A DNA stretch of 51,997 nt, the filler included, from Sphacelaria rigidula (lineage: Eukaryota): the NCBI GenBank assembly GCA_964200075.2. It is 3 parts of 3 records of this genome, joined end to end, with 100 filler letters (N's around TTAATTAATTAA, not from the genome) between each part and the next. Parts side by side here need not be neighbours in the genome. Positions count along the whole stretch, not along the records: positions 1 to 17,272 come from CAXNAA020001126.1; positions 17,373 to 34,635 come from CAXNAA020001127.1; 1 more part is not named here. One strand, written 5' to 3'. This document shows positions 12,901 to 23,681 of the stretch, one piece after another (positions within the stretch are counted from its first letter, which is position 1; every line of letters starts with the position of its first letter). A program made the position numbers and the translations under genes. Under the pieces are notes generated by a model. The model was given only the letters and a program-made list of their open reading frames with translations, was not told where the DNA came from and made no database searches.

Positions 12901-15324
12901 AAGGATTCCAGCGTCGATCAAGGCCAGGATATGGGTGGAGACAGGACAGAAAGCTCGACAGTGTACACTTCGCCCAGCGGTTCCTCAAGCGCGCCGTCCT
13001 CCCCGCCGAGTTCCGTTGGTGGGAAGGGCGGAGTAGCACCGCAGATCCCCGTCAGTAGTGGAGGGGGCGAAGTGCCTTCACCGTCCCCGCGAGAGGGGGG
13101 GGGGGAGGCGGGGAGAGACCAGAGATCCCCGTTCCAGATTTTGTCAACGGAGGAGGCGAGGTGGAGCCGGAATCATCATCATCATCATCATCATCAACAA
13201 CAACAACGTTAACATCAGCGCCGACGCCGACACCAGCACCAGACGCCGACACCTACGCCGACGCCGACATCAGCTTAGACGCCGACACCTACGCCGACGC
13301 TCACATCGGCATCGGACATTGCCTCGTCGCCCGCACTGTCACCCTCTTCCACGGGTCCCTCGCAAGGTGGCGGGGGGGGCGGCGACGCTCCTCAACTCCC
13401 GAGGACCGAGCAACGCCGTCTTGCGTGGGCTGACCGGTTACCAACACCAAGGGCGGGGCGTACGAGGAGCCAAATGCGCGAGGCAATGGGGTCGGTATAC
13501 GCACGAGACGAAAGGCTGGTGGCTGGCGGAGCGGAGGAAAGCAAGAAGGAAGCGGAGATGGTGCTGGCGGGAATGGCGGAGGACAAATGCTCAACCATGG
13601 AGATGATCACCGCGGCAGCGGGACAGGTGGCTGGACAAGACGCAATCGTTTCGACTCAATACGAGTTAGCTGAAAACGAGTTTTTTTGGTTTGTCGCTGA
13701 GGAAAACAGGGTAGGGCAGCCTGAATTCGGCTCGCGTTCACCGGTTGGTCTACACGTAAGCGAGATAGAGGCAGCACCAACCAGTATGGATGAAATTGCC
13801 AAGTCAGAATTTCGAGAGGCATGGTTAGGCGCGATGCAGGCCGAACTAGGAGGTCACGAAAAGGCTGGAACATTTTCGACTGGCCCTGTACCGGAAGCAG
13901 CAAACGTGATTTCAGCGAAGTGGGTTTTTAGTTGGAAGACCGACGCAGATGGTACTGTAACGAAGGAAAAGGCAAGGTTGGTAGCGCGAGGTTTTGGGCA
14001 ACGTTTTGCAGTCAACTATTTCGAGACTTTCGCGGCAACGCCCTCCATGGCCTAAATCAAACTGGTCATGGCAGTGGCAGTTCAGGAAGAGTGGCCGCTG
14101 TACCATTTTGACGTGACATAGGCTTTTGTTCAAGCGGAAATTGATACCGATGTATACATGAGGTTGCCTGAAGGTTGCTCCGTCTTGACAGACGTGACCG
14201 TAAAGCTTGAAAAATCTATTTACGGGATCAAGCAAGCAGGCAAGCAGTGGTCTCGTCTCCTGTGTCAAACTTTACTGGAGGATGGCGGGATGGTGCAGTG
14301 CGACGCTGATCCATGTGTTTTCAAGATGGAGGATGCAGGAGATGTGCGTGTGATTTTAGTTGTCCATGTGGACGATATCCTTATCAGTGGATCTGAGGAA
14401 TACGTAGGAAATATGGGCAAAATCCTCAACAAAACGTTCCCCTTGAACAATCTCGGAGAGTTCACACGGTACATGGGGTGCGCAGTGGATGGAGACCGGG
14501 ATAGAGGCACGTTGTCTGTGACGCAAACCACGTTCACGGACACACTCCTGAAGCGTTTTGAGGTGAGGGGGTACTCGGAAATCCCCGCCTCTGTTTCTGT
14601 AAAGTTGAGGCCGACAACGGGCGAAGACAAAAAGGTGAATCGCCCATACCGTAACGCAGTGGGGGGGTTGATGTGGCTGACAACAGTCACCAGACCCGAC
14701 ATCGCGAATTCGGTACGAGCGCTTGCTCGCCAGTCGCATGACCCATGCGAGAGGCACCGGGAAGTTGTTATGAAAGTTCTGAAGTACCTCAATGAGACGA
14801 AGAAGGTAGGACTTACGTTCAAGAAAACTCATGATAAGCTCTCAGTCTACTGCGATGCAGATTACGCCAAGAAGGAAACGGATAGGCGTTCGGTTTCAGG
14901 GGTAGCCGTGATGTACGGTGGTGTGGTAATGTCGGCAATGAGCCGCACGCAACACTGCGTAACTCTGTCAGCTACGGAGGCAGAGTATGTTGCAATGGCC
15001 GAGGGGGCAAAGGAGGGATTGTTTGTGGAGGCAGTGTTGACGTTCTTGCGACCGCAGACTGTGTCGGGAAGCGAGGAGAACCAAGGTATTCTTTTGTACG
15101 AGGACAACGAGGGAGCAAAAGCTCTGGCCGAAAATCCTCTTAGTTCCGAGAGGAGTAAGGACATAGACGTGAGATATCACTTCATTCGAGAGCTGGTGGG
15201 GACGGGAAAGATCAGGGTTGTACATGTAGGCTCAGGATGGCAGCATGCAGATATTTTGACGAAGCCTCTTCCGATCAGCCTGTTTACGAGGCACAGACGT
15301 TTCGTTGATGAACTTGGAAGGTGA
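9998..15324 (+). pseudogene. Copia gag-pol polyprotein, disrupted
   Basis: Gag-like AAVWRKLE...LLEKF; zinc knuckles CHICDENTTHRARNC and CGRCGQQGHTFWDC; protease WVFDTGATQH; integrase HCSHAH...CRGC, VFVDISGP, VRSDDGG and FNGVAER (read past the stop at 12385); RT WVFSWK, KARLVARG, YGIKQAG, VHVDD; RNase H YCDADYA, TEAEY, EDNEGA, QHADILTK. In-frame stops at 12385, 12724, 14053 and 14119. Frameshifts near 10330, 13100-13470 and 15300. Confidence 0.95.
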
Positions 15325-15615
15325 CAAGTAGGTAGGTTTCCGGGTGTACCATTGTGCTCGTGCCGGGTATTTTTAGATGTTCAAGTGATGCATTTATGCG
15401 CATTTTGTGTTAAGCCACCCACGCTACTTTGAGGGGCATGGGTTTTGTAGGGCGTTTCCTGGCATGTCGTGTATCTGCCTTGACCGGCGTTCATGGACCA
15501 TCTAGATGGAGCACAAGCTGTTGAGGGGAGAGGGTTTTTGCCCGGATGGTCGGGTTTCCCCCCTTGAAACTTTTTTTTTTAAGAGAGAAGGCCACGACGA
15601 CTAATGTACCGGTTC

Positions 15616-15623
15616 AGAGGGGG
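15616..15623 (+). other. Polypurine tract (plus-strand primer) of the copia element
   Basis: AGAGGGGG directly abuts the TG of the 3' LTR. Confidence 0.8.
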
Positions 15624-15969
15624 TGTTCATGTGAACAGGTACATTGAGTGAACATGCACATGTGCGGATAGATTGATGCGGACGTGCGGGTACTGGTGGT
15701 CGAGTGTGTGTAAGTGTAGTACCCCGCTCATGGCAGCTACCACGCTGCCTGCTGAGCTCACTAAACATCTGATCCCTCAGTCATAGGGTCGACTTAGTCT
15801 AGGCACTCTCCAATAATACAAAAGATAAAACTATCTATCCTTCGCCACGGGCCACGGAATATGGTCCCTGCAGAGACTGGCCCGGTTGGTCTTGAAAAGC
15901 GTCGGTCCTGGGGTGTGTTGAACCACAATGCGGTCCAAAAAGCACGCGGTTCTCTCACGCATTACAACA
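15624..15969 (+). repeat. 3' LTR of the copia element
   Basis: Starts with TGTT immediately after the polypurine tract; 15624-15861 matches the 5' LTR. The extension to 15969 is inferred from the AACA end and is less certain. Confidence 0.8.
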
Positions 15970-17272
15970 CAACCATCAGCAGGGCCGACGTGTAATGATT
16001 GCCAAGAGCTACGCCGGTCACGTGTAATGATTGCCATGTCACGACACGACATACAACCACCAGCAAAGGTAACGCTCGCCGTGCCAAGATTAGCAAGAGC
16101 TACGCCGGTCACGTGTTGTGATGTTTGCCATGTCACCAACACGGTTATGGTGCAAGCACTCCATGTACGAACACGAAGGTGACGTGCGATGATGTATTCA
16201 ACAGACTGCACGCATGCGTCGCCAAAATCGGTATGAGTTCTTGCAGATACGGAAGCGGTGTGCCGTACTGCACAGGTGTCTGTACTGCTTCTGCACCTGC
16301 CTCTGTCCGTACTGTTGTCATGGCTAGTTGTGACAACGTTATACGTTCAGTGAACAATACCGCACCGCTGCTACACGCCATGTATGGAGAATTGCGAGGT
16401 ACAGGAGGCAAAGGGCAATTGCGCGCGCATTCTCATGAAACAACAGAGACTACGTTACACTTGTTATTCGCATTTTCAGTAACACACTGTCAAGTTATTT
16501 ATTAAAAATGGCAGTTTACCCCCTGTTTTTTTTTTATAACATGACCATTTGTTTTCGAAAATGTAAGTGTAGCCCAAAACGAATCTGTGACCTACGGAAA
16601 ACGCAAAGGTGCTCTGGAACGGTCTTAGCGAGTAGAGCAGGTCATTCCAAGGTGTCAACATCCGCCTAACCCTCTTTTCGGGGGGGAAATGACGGAGGAG
16701 GGCCAAAAATGCACTTTTCAACAACGTTTACATTTTTATACATAAGAAAGAGCCTCACCACTATCACCATCACAATAATACGTGGTTACACACGTTATAC
16801 ATTTTACCGCATGAAAGTTGGAGTTACCTGCACTCGAGGAAGCTTCCAAGGCTGTGTTCCGTATTTTACAACGGCGCGAATTCGGGTACTTTACCCTTCC
16901 ACCGCGAGGAGGGTAATCCATCTGGTTTAAGCACACATTTTTCGAGTAAAAACTGATGCCGATTCAGCAGATGGCCTACTCTCACTGTCCACGGGTTCAA
17001 GTATGTAGGAGGAATTGTCTCGGTAAATACTGTACTCTTTCAAACCATACCGGATTGTTCGGAACCAGGGTTGCATATCGGACCGAGAAGAAAGTTAGAT
17101 GCGGTATTCTTAGAATATCGACCTACAACCCCCGATACCGATATTTTTCTTGATATTCCGAAAATGACACGGTACGTTTCGAATATCGATATTCGATACG
17201 ATACGGGAGGCTCATCGAAGATTTTTGCTGAGGTGCCTCAACAAGCATACCTCCAGCCGCAGCGCCCCTGAC

Positions 17273-17372
17273 NNNNNNNNNNNNNNNNNNNNNNNNNNNN
17301 NNNNNNNNNNNNNNNNTTAATTAATTAANNNNNNNNNNNNNNNNNNNNNNNNNNNNNNNNNNNNNNNNNNNN
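17273..17372. other. Assembly gap with artificial linker
   Basis: 44 N + TTAATTAATTAA + 44 N = exactly 100 nt. Confidence 0.97.
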
Positions 17373-20300
17373 CCAGCTCTGAACAGACCTGTGGTCTCCG
17401 GAACGCCATGGCTAGAATCGACAACGGGTCTGAAGCAGCATCAACAGACTAATATGCGTCTTCATGACACTGCCGTGAGGACTGTGCACTCTGTACAGCG
17501 GACAACAGACAACAGTAGTACTACTCTGCTACTGCACAGGTCTTGTAGTTCTTTGTACAGTTGATAAGTGATACGATACAGGAACACTCCCACTACTCGT
17601 GCTGCCACCTGGATAGCCCGCACCGTACGCAGACACAGTGAAAATATAGCGCGGTGTTTCGTACAAAAGCACTACAACAGTATGATGTGGCGGTATTCTC
17701 GATACTTAGGAGCTGCTGCATACTGCATACACTCCGTGTCGTCAGAGCATCCATGAAATCGAGCATGCGTGGTGCTTGGCTGGCCGAGAACATTGGAGTG
17801 CGACTGACCGTTGTTTCGTGTGTGCAGTACTTCGATTTGACACTGGGTTTGTCGTGGGTTTGGTTCCGGAGGCGTTCGCGATCTATACGCTCTTTTTTGC
17901 GTCCCCCACCTGCAAACAGGTCGTGCCTCAGTTTAGATTCTACGGGAGATTCCGCCTGACAACCCTATATCGTTTCTCGAGTGCAGTAGAAGACAGCTGC
18001 TCAAACGGGAATAGAACGCTAGAAAGTGCTTAACATGGCGCGAAATGCGCACTGTGGGCTGAGATAAGCTTTTCCGATGCGATCGATCAAGAGGTGACCG
18101 ATCGGCAACGATGACCGCAACAGGATCGTGTTCAATTTAGGGTACGGCATGCTCGACGGTTGGTTGTCCTGTCGCCTGAAAGCGTGATTGAATATTGGCG
18201 AGATAAACACTAGTGCATGTGTACGTGGTATCATTTGGGTACGTTGGTATATTATGGGTACCGGATATCGTGTGCGGTATCGGATATTGTGTTGATGACT
18301 GGATATATGACAAATAAGGGGACTCACCGTGCAGTCATGACCTCCGGGTACCTTCTTGTTGTGTGTGTTTTGATACTGCATGTTGGTGAGAGAGAGTAAC
18401 TCTGGCGGAGCTTGCACGGTTAACGTTTGGTGAGTGAAGGGTATAAGAGATGAATATAACATGCGCTACTACGCACCCTCCTGTCTAGTGCATGTCCTCT
18501 AAGAAGCGCCGCCTTGCTTCATTACGCTAGCGGATTTGGAACGGGCTTATTGCAGCTAGGGAGCAGGGAAGGAAGCAAGTTTGAGCGTAAACAGCAGCAG
18601 CCAGAGCGCGTTGGGTCAAATTGAGAGAGCCACACAGTGAGCGTGTGTCACTGTTTGAGCAAAGATAGCAGCAGTCACGGTGCGCTGAGCCAACTTGACG
18701 AAGCCACCCAGTGAGCGTTTATTCCAGATTGAGCAATGGCTGCTAGAAAGGGATTATGTACGGAAGCGTAGACTGAGAAGCTGCGGCATATGAAAGTACG
18801 ACACAGAGAAAAGCTGCGGCTCATGGAAGAAAAATAGGGAGAGCTTATCAAGGCCGTGAAACGCGGCGCTATTGTAAATGGCGGAAGAGAAAGAAGCATG
18901 CATTCAGGCGCAGGCGCACAGAGTAACCCCACGATGAGTACAGAAAACCGCGACCAGCAAAGTAACCCACGAGTTTTCCTGAGTTCCGATACAATAACTA
19001 CATGGGGGGGCAACGTGCCCAACCAAATATTGTAAGAGTACGTAATTATGCGGGTATCCACCCGTGGGACGGTTCTGTGAAAGCAGGGGAGAGCATGGAG
19101 TCAAAGTTTCGTGTCTTTCATGTGCAAATGATCGGATATTTTCGTGCCGAGAAATGATTTCAAGTGTTTGTTTGTGCAGGATCCCATCCGTGTATTTCAT
19201 GAGACGAATGAGGGGTTAGTGAGGCGAATAACAAGATTTCTTTTAAATATATCGATGTAGTCCGGAAAATCGAACTGTTTCGGTTTTACAGCTGTTGCGA
19301 AATCCGGTACATGTTGTTACAACGAGTAACCTCTGTGGAGACGCCAGCCAGTACAGTAGAGCGACCAAAGCTAGCTATGATCGGGCTTGCCTGCCGTACC
19401 GCCGCCAGCGTTGCTTGAAAGCCACAAGACCTTTGCGGTCGGCGATTGATGGCGTGGGTGTCAAATGCAACGACGAGTGGTTGATCTTTGAGCACTCTTG
19501 TTCATCGTGGAGTCATATCTCGCGCCAGGTTGCAATGCATAAGTTCCTTACCTCGAAATTAATTTTTGGAAGCTACTGCACCCAGGTGTTCACGCACCTA
19601 GTGTGTGCCTGAGATTGCAGCATGGACTCACCCCTTTGCACCACGCTAGCAACGGTTAGGTTATCACCATAAGTATTGTTTTCCACTCCGCATGTCAAGA
19701 AGGTCTCCACAAGTGTTTGATTCCTCATACACCCCCCCCCCCAACTGGCGTGTCGCGCGCTCTTGTGGTCGAGCACCAAAGAGGGTCACATGCTGGGTAA
19801 AACCAACGATGAATACCACCCCCCAATGTCAAATTGGATCTGTCATTGTTGCCGCAGCACCGCCCTCGCCGGCATGTGTGACAGAGAACAGTAGCGGTGA
19901 CGGGAACATTGTTCTGTTTTTCAACATGTTTTTCAGCGCACAGAGGCGTCCTGTCCAAAACAAGAGGCAGAGAGAAATCGATCTTCGCATCGGTAAGCTC
20001 CACAGACAGGAAAGAAGAGACGAGATCCCTCCGCAGCTCGATGTTCTTTGGGGGGCTGGGCTGTGCGCAGCACCATAATAGCATGCCTACCGGCAAATGA
20101 AAAATTGGGTACATCTTGGCAACATGCATGATGCCAGTCTCTCGAGCGACTGGTGATCGCCGAGCGAGGACATACAAAGGACACGGGCGAGAAGCTTCCT
20201 CTCTGTCGTTGCTTCTCTTTCTGGTGATATCGTCATCGATATGCGTGTACACCGTATTCGTTCGGTTCACCCAGCCACAACTGCTCCACTGCTGCAGAGG

Positions 20301-22711
20301 TTTGGGGGAAATATGGTTTCGCTCTGTGTGACTGTTTCGCGTCATCGCTGCAAGAATAGAATACCACTTGAACCTCATTCAAGAGATCAGCCTCAAGAAT
20401 GAGGATCCACTGTTACAAGCCATCTTTCTATTTTCGCTGACAGAGGCCGAGTCATACATCGGAGCTTGATCATTTCTGCTGGCACAGAACCAATTTCTTA
20501 TCGAAGCTTTGAAACCTGAACAAACCTGACTCGAGTTTCCACGACTACTCCGACGAACAGGGCATGTCTCGGCGTCTAGTCATCACGAGCAATTCCGGGA
20601 AGCCATCGATGGTTCGGATTCAATTCAGCACAACTGCATCGAATCAAGTATCGGAGGGATGGAACATTTCAACAGATCGATCATCTGTGACAACACCTTG
20701 GAATACCTTTCTGTTGATTTCAGTCCAGTGTTGAGGCCTGTGCAATAATCAGATCGCTCGTTTCCTCTCAACCCTGAACAATTCTGGCTAGACAATCACA
20801 TGATCCAGGGAGCAATACTAGTCGCCGGATAGACAGGCATGCAGCTTCAACTTGTTTCATTTGATACAATTTCCAGTTCTACTATGCCTCAGCCCTGAGT
20901 CTTTTTCCAGATGCCCCAGACGCAAAAAACAAGTAGAAGTCGATATACCCCCCCGCGCTAGGCTACATGTGCGCTGAAGCCGGATTGTTCTCGTTTTTCT
21001 CCGAGAAGGGTGTAGGAATGCATTTTCGGTCTGAACTTTGCAGAAACATCCCCTGAAAGGCGCGGACTACGGGTACGGGACGATCTGGTACTTAGTGGTC
21101 GCGCTGTTGAGACACTCAAGATTATGGGAGTGAAGGAGAGAGAAACCGGCCCTCGGGGATGACTCGCGACCCCCTCCCCCCCCCGTCCCCCCTCACTCAG
21201 AATCGTATGGAATTTCGGGGGTGGTGCAGTTACCATCACTAACCACGGCACGAAAGTTAGAAATGAAGCATCCTCTCTCTTCTGCGGACGCTCCGTCCCT
21301 CCGAAAAATATTGTTTTTGATCGGCTGGAGCTGTCGTACAGCAATTCCTCGAACGTTCGGCACCTTGAACTTCCTCTGATCCAAATTCGTAGTGGTTCAA
21401 CCCCCGTGATAGGTCGACAAGACGGAAGCCATTGAGGCGTAGTCTGAAACGAGCTAGCCGAAACTCTAAGGATAGTTTGGGAATGTAGCGAACAAAAATC
21501 TACAGGAACTCAATTTCTTCACGTTCTCGGGCGTATTTCAGCGTGTCAGCGAATTAAAAATGAGATGTTCCGCACTGTTATTTCTGCGAAGAACGAAGAG
21601 TAATCAAACCCGGAAGTAGCACCTAATGAACTCATTTCACTTGGGGTGACCATTACGATTGCTGGAATGACAACAGCTGATGAGAAAGAAAAAGCGATTG
21701 TTCGGTTCCAAGTCGTCCTCATTGAGTCTGAGGATTATTGCCATTCAAAACTCAAGGCATCACGACAAATGCGGGAAAGCCGCACAAGATGAATCGATGT
21801 CTTCGGACCACCACGTTGAAGCTAATTTGAGACGTACGACTAGTCCTACAGAATAGTCACTGACGTGACCTTCGACAAACAAGTGAATCCAAAGACGAGG
21901 ACGAATCTGAGTGGAGTGTCACGATTATTCGACTCTTTGGTCGTCGTAGACTGTTTTCGAAGCCTCCAGTCGTGATCACGAGATAGGCACACCCAAGGTG
22001 GACGTGAGCAAACTGGGAACGCGTGCTAAAGGAATACTCGATAAACGACAGACGGCAAGAAGAGAAGGATACGATGAAGCATGTGGGCCAAAACGTGGAA
22101 ATAAGGATGAAACATGGAACCAAACGGGAAAGGGAAGGCAACGGAATTGAAGGAAACAGAAAAAAAACACGCCAACCCCAAATCAAGTACTGGTGGCGAA
22201 CACAAACGGAAATGACGCACAAACACAAGAAATGGCCGGAACCTGCTGCACGCGCTCGGTTTACGATGCTGTAAAAAAGCAATTGCATGGGGGAAATGTT
22301 GACGAGCACACCTCAAGTTGATCTCCTGAATTACGGCAGAATGTGAGCGAGTCAAATTCCAGCCGTCATGACTAACCCAGTAAATATGGCGAGAATTTGA
22401 CTCGACTCACTGAGCAAAGATGAGGATGACCGTCGAACCCGATGCTCTTTCGCGATTCTTGCGCCCTTAGCCATCTGCCGAGATTTTTGTGGGCTTGGAT
22501 ACGCTGTACGTTTCCGGTTGTAAATGTTCCGCCATTGAAGATGACTGACAGACAATCGTCCACTATGCTCACTATCGTCATGATTTTTACTCATCCAGCC
22601 ATCCGCAGAAGGAGACGGGTCAAGTCTTCGACTCTACGTCAACAAGTTCACAAGCTCCACCCGTTGTACCACAGGGGCGAAGCGACATCACGGTGTGCTC
22701 CCAGATTACAC

Positions 22712-23152
22712 ACACGGGAGTTTACAAATTGGGGATGGATTTTATATCGAGGATAAGAACCCCGAAAAATAAAATCTTCGTATCCACAACAAACATTTGG
22801 AAAATTGGCCCACTCCTTCAACTACAGGTTACTTTGGACAACTACTACAAGCAATACAAATTGGATCCTGATAACCCGTCTGTTGGGGTTCTAGGTGAAG
22901 AAACAGTATTGAGGAATTTAGATGATCAGATCAGATCGCAGAAATTCCTTAAAACTGGTATTTCACCTTGGACCCTAACATGACCGGTTAAGAAAATCCA
23001 AATGTGTATGGCGTGTAGTAGTTGTCAAAAGCTACCAGCAAGTAGAGAAATGGATCCATATTTCGATGATCTGATGTGGATACGAAGACATGATTTCTCC
23101 GGATTTCTCATCCTTGATGAAAAATCCATCCCCAATTTGTATACTCCTGTGT
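22712..23152. mobile_element. MITE-like element with about 155-bp imperfect terminal inverted repeats
   Basis: 22712-22866 (ACACGGGAGTTTACAAATTGGGGATGGATTTT...GACAACTACTAC...TTGGAT) is the diverged reverse complement of about 22996-23152. Even the ORF track shows TGVYKLGMDF on both strands. Confidence 0.8.
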
Positions 23153-23681
23153 TACAAACTTGATGTACGCGGCTAAAACCACAGCGCGCCTGAGGTAAAT
23201 CCACCATACCCATACTGGGGCAAGTAGAACTCTCTGGAGTCGTGGTCTGACAGAACAAAATCGCCGTACGCATTTTTGTTCGTGGTACAGATGCTAGCGT
23301 AGGATGGACAAGCGTGGCAGTGCGTGCTGCACCAGTCAAAACACGTTGGGGAAAAGTGCGAATCACAAGTGAAACAGTGGTGTCATGGTTCATCGAGTGG
23401 CCGACTTCTACGGTCCATCTACTTGCGGCCAGCTTTTGGCAAGTTGTCACTCAAGCACACGGTCAACGCGAGTATGAAGACTGCGCCTCGACCAGAATCT
23501 GGTGGAACGTTGCGCTGAAATATCAGAACCCGCAGCCTCACGAACTGCTTTACACCACTGGAAGAAAAAACAATCTTTTCGGCCAACTGTCGTTTGAGAC
23601 CGCTGACAACATACGCGAGCACGCACCAGCACCCTTCCACGTTAATCTGAGCAAAGGCGCCAATATGAGAAATGGTGCCAT

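Larger units (their letters stand above)
9740..15969 (+). mobile_element. Ty1/copia LTR retrotransposon, near full length but inactivated
   Basis: Direct repeats starting TGTTCATGTGAAC at 9740 and 15624. The internal domain order is gag-protease-integrase-RT-RNaseH (copia order). A purine tract lies just before the 3' LTR. The right end (15969, ...TTACAACA) is inferred from the TGTT...AACA terminal inverted repeat. Confidence 0.95.

Noticed and set aside
13058-13606. Poly-His/Gln, poly-Ile/Asn and Arg-rich ORFs
   Set aside because: They are off-frame readings of an (ATC)n(AAC)n tract in the Ser/Thr/Pro-rich integrase-RT linker of the copia element.
17273-17372. Palindromic TTAATTAATTAA, also present at 34680-34691
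   Set aside because: It is centred in exactly 100-nt N gaps and puts stops in all six frames, so it is a scaffolding linker. Adjacency across these gaps is uncertain.
20221-20250. Minus-strand HIDDDI as a reverse transcriptase YxDD motif
   Set aside because: No flanking RT motifs were seen in the frames examined.
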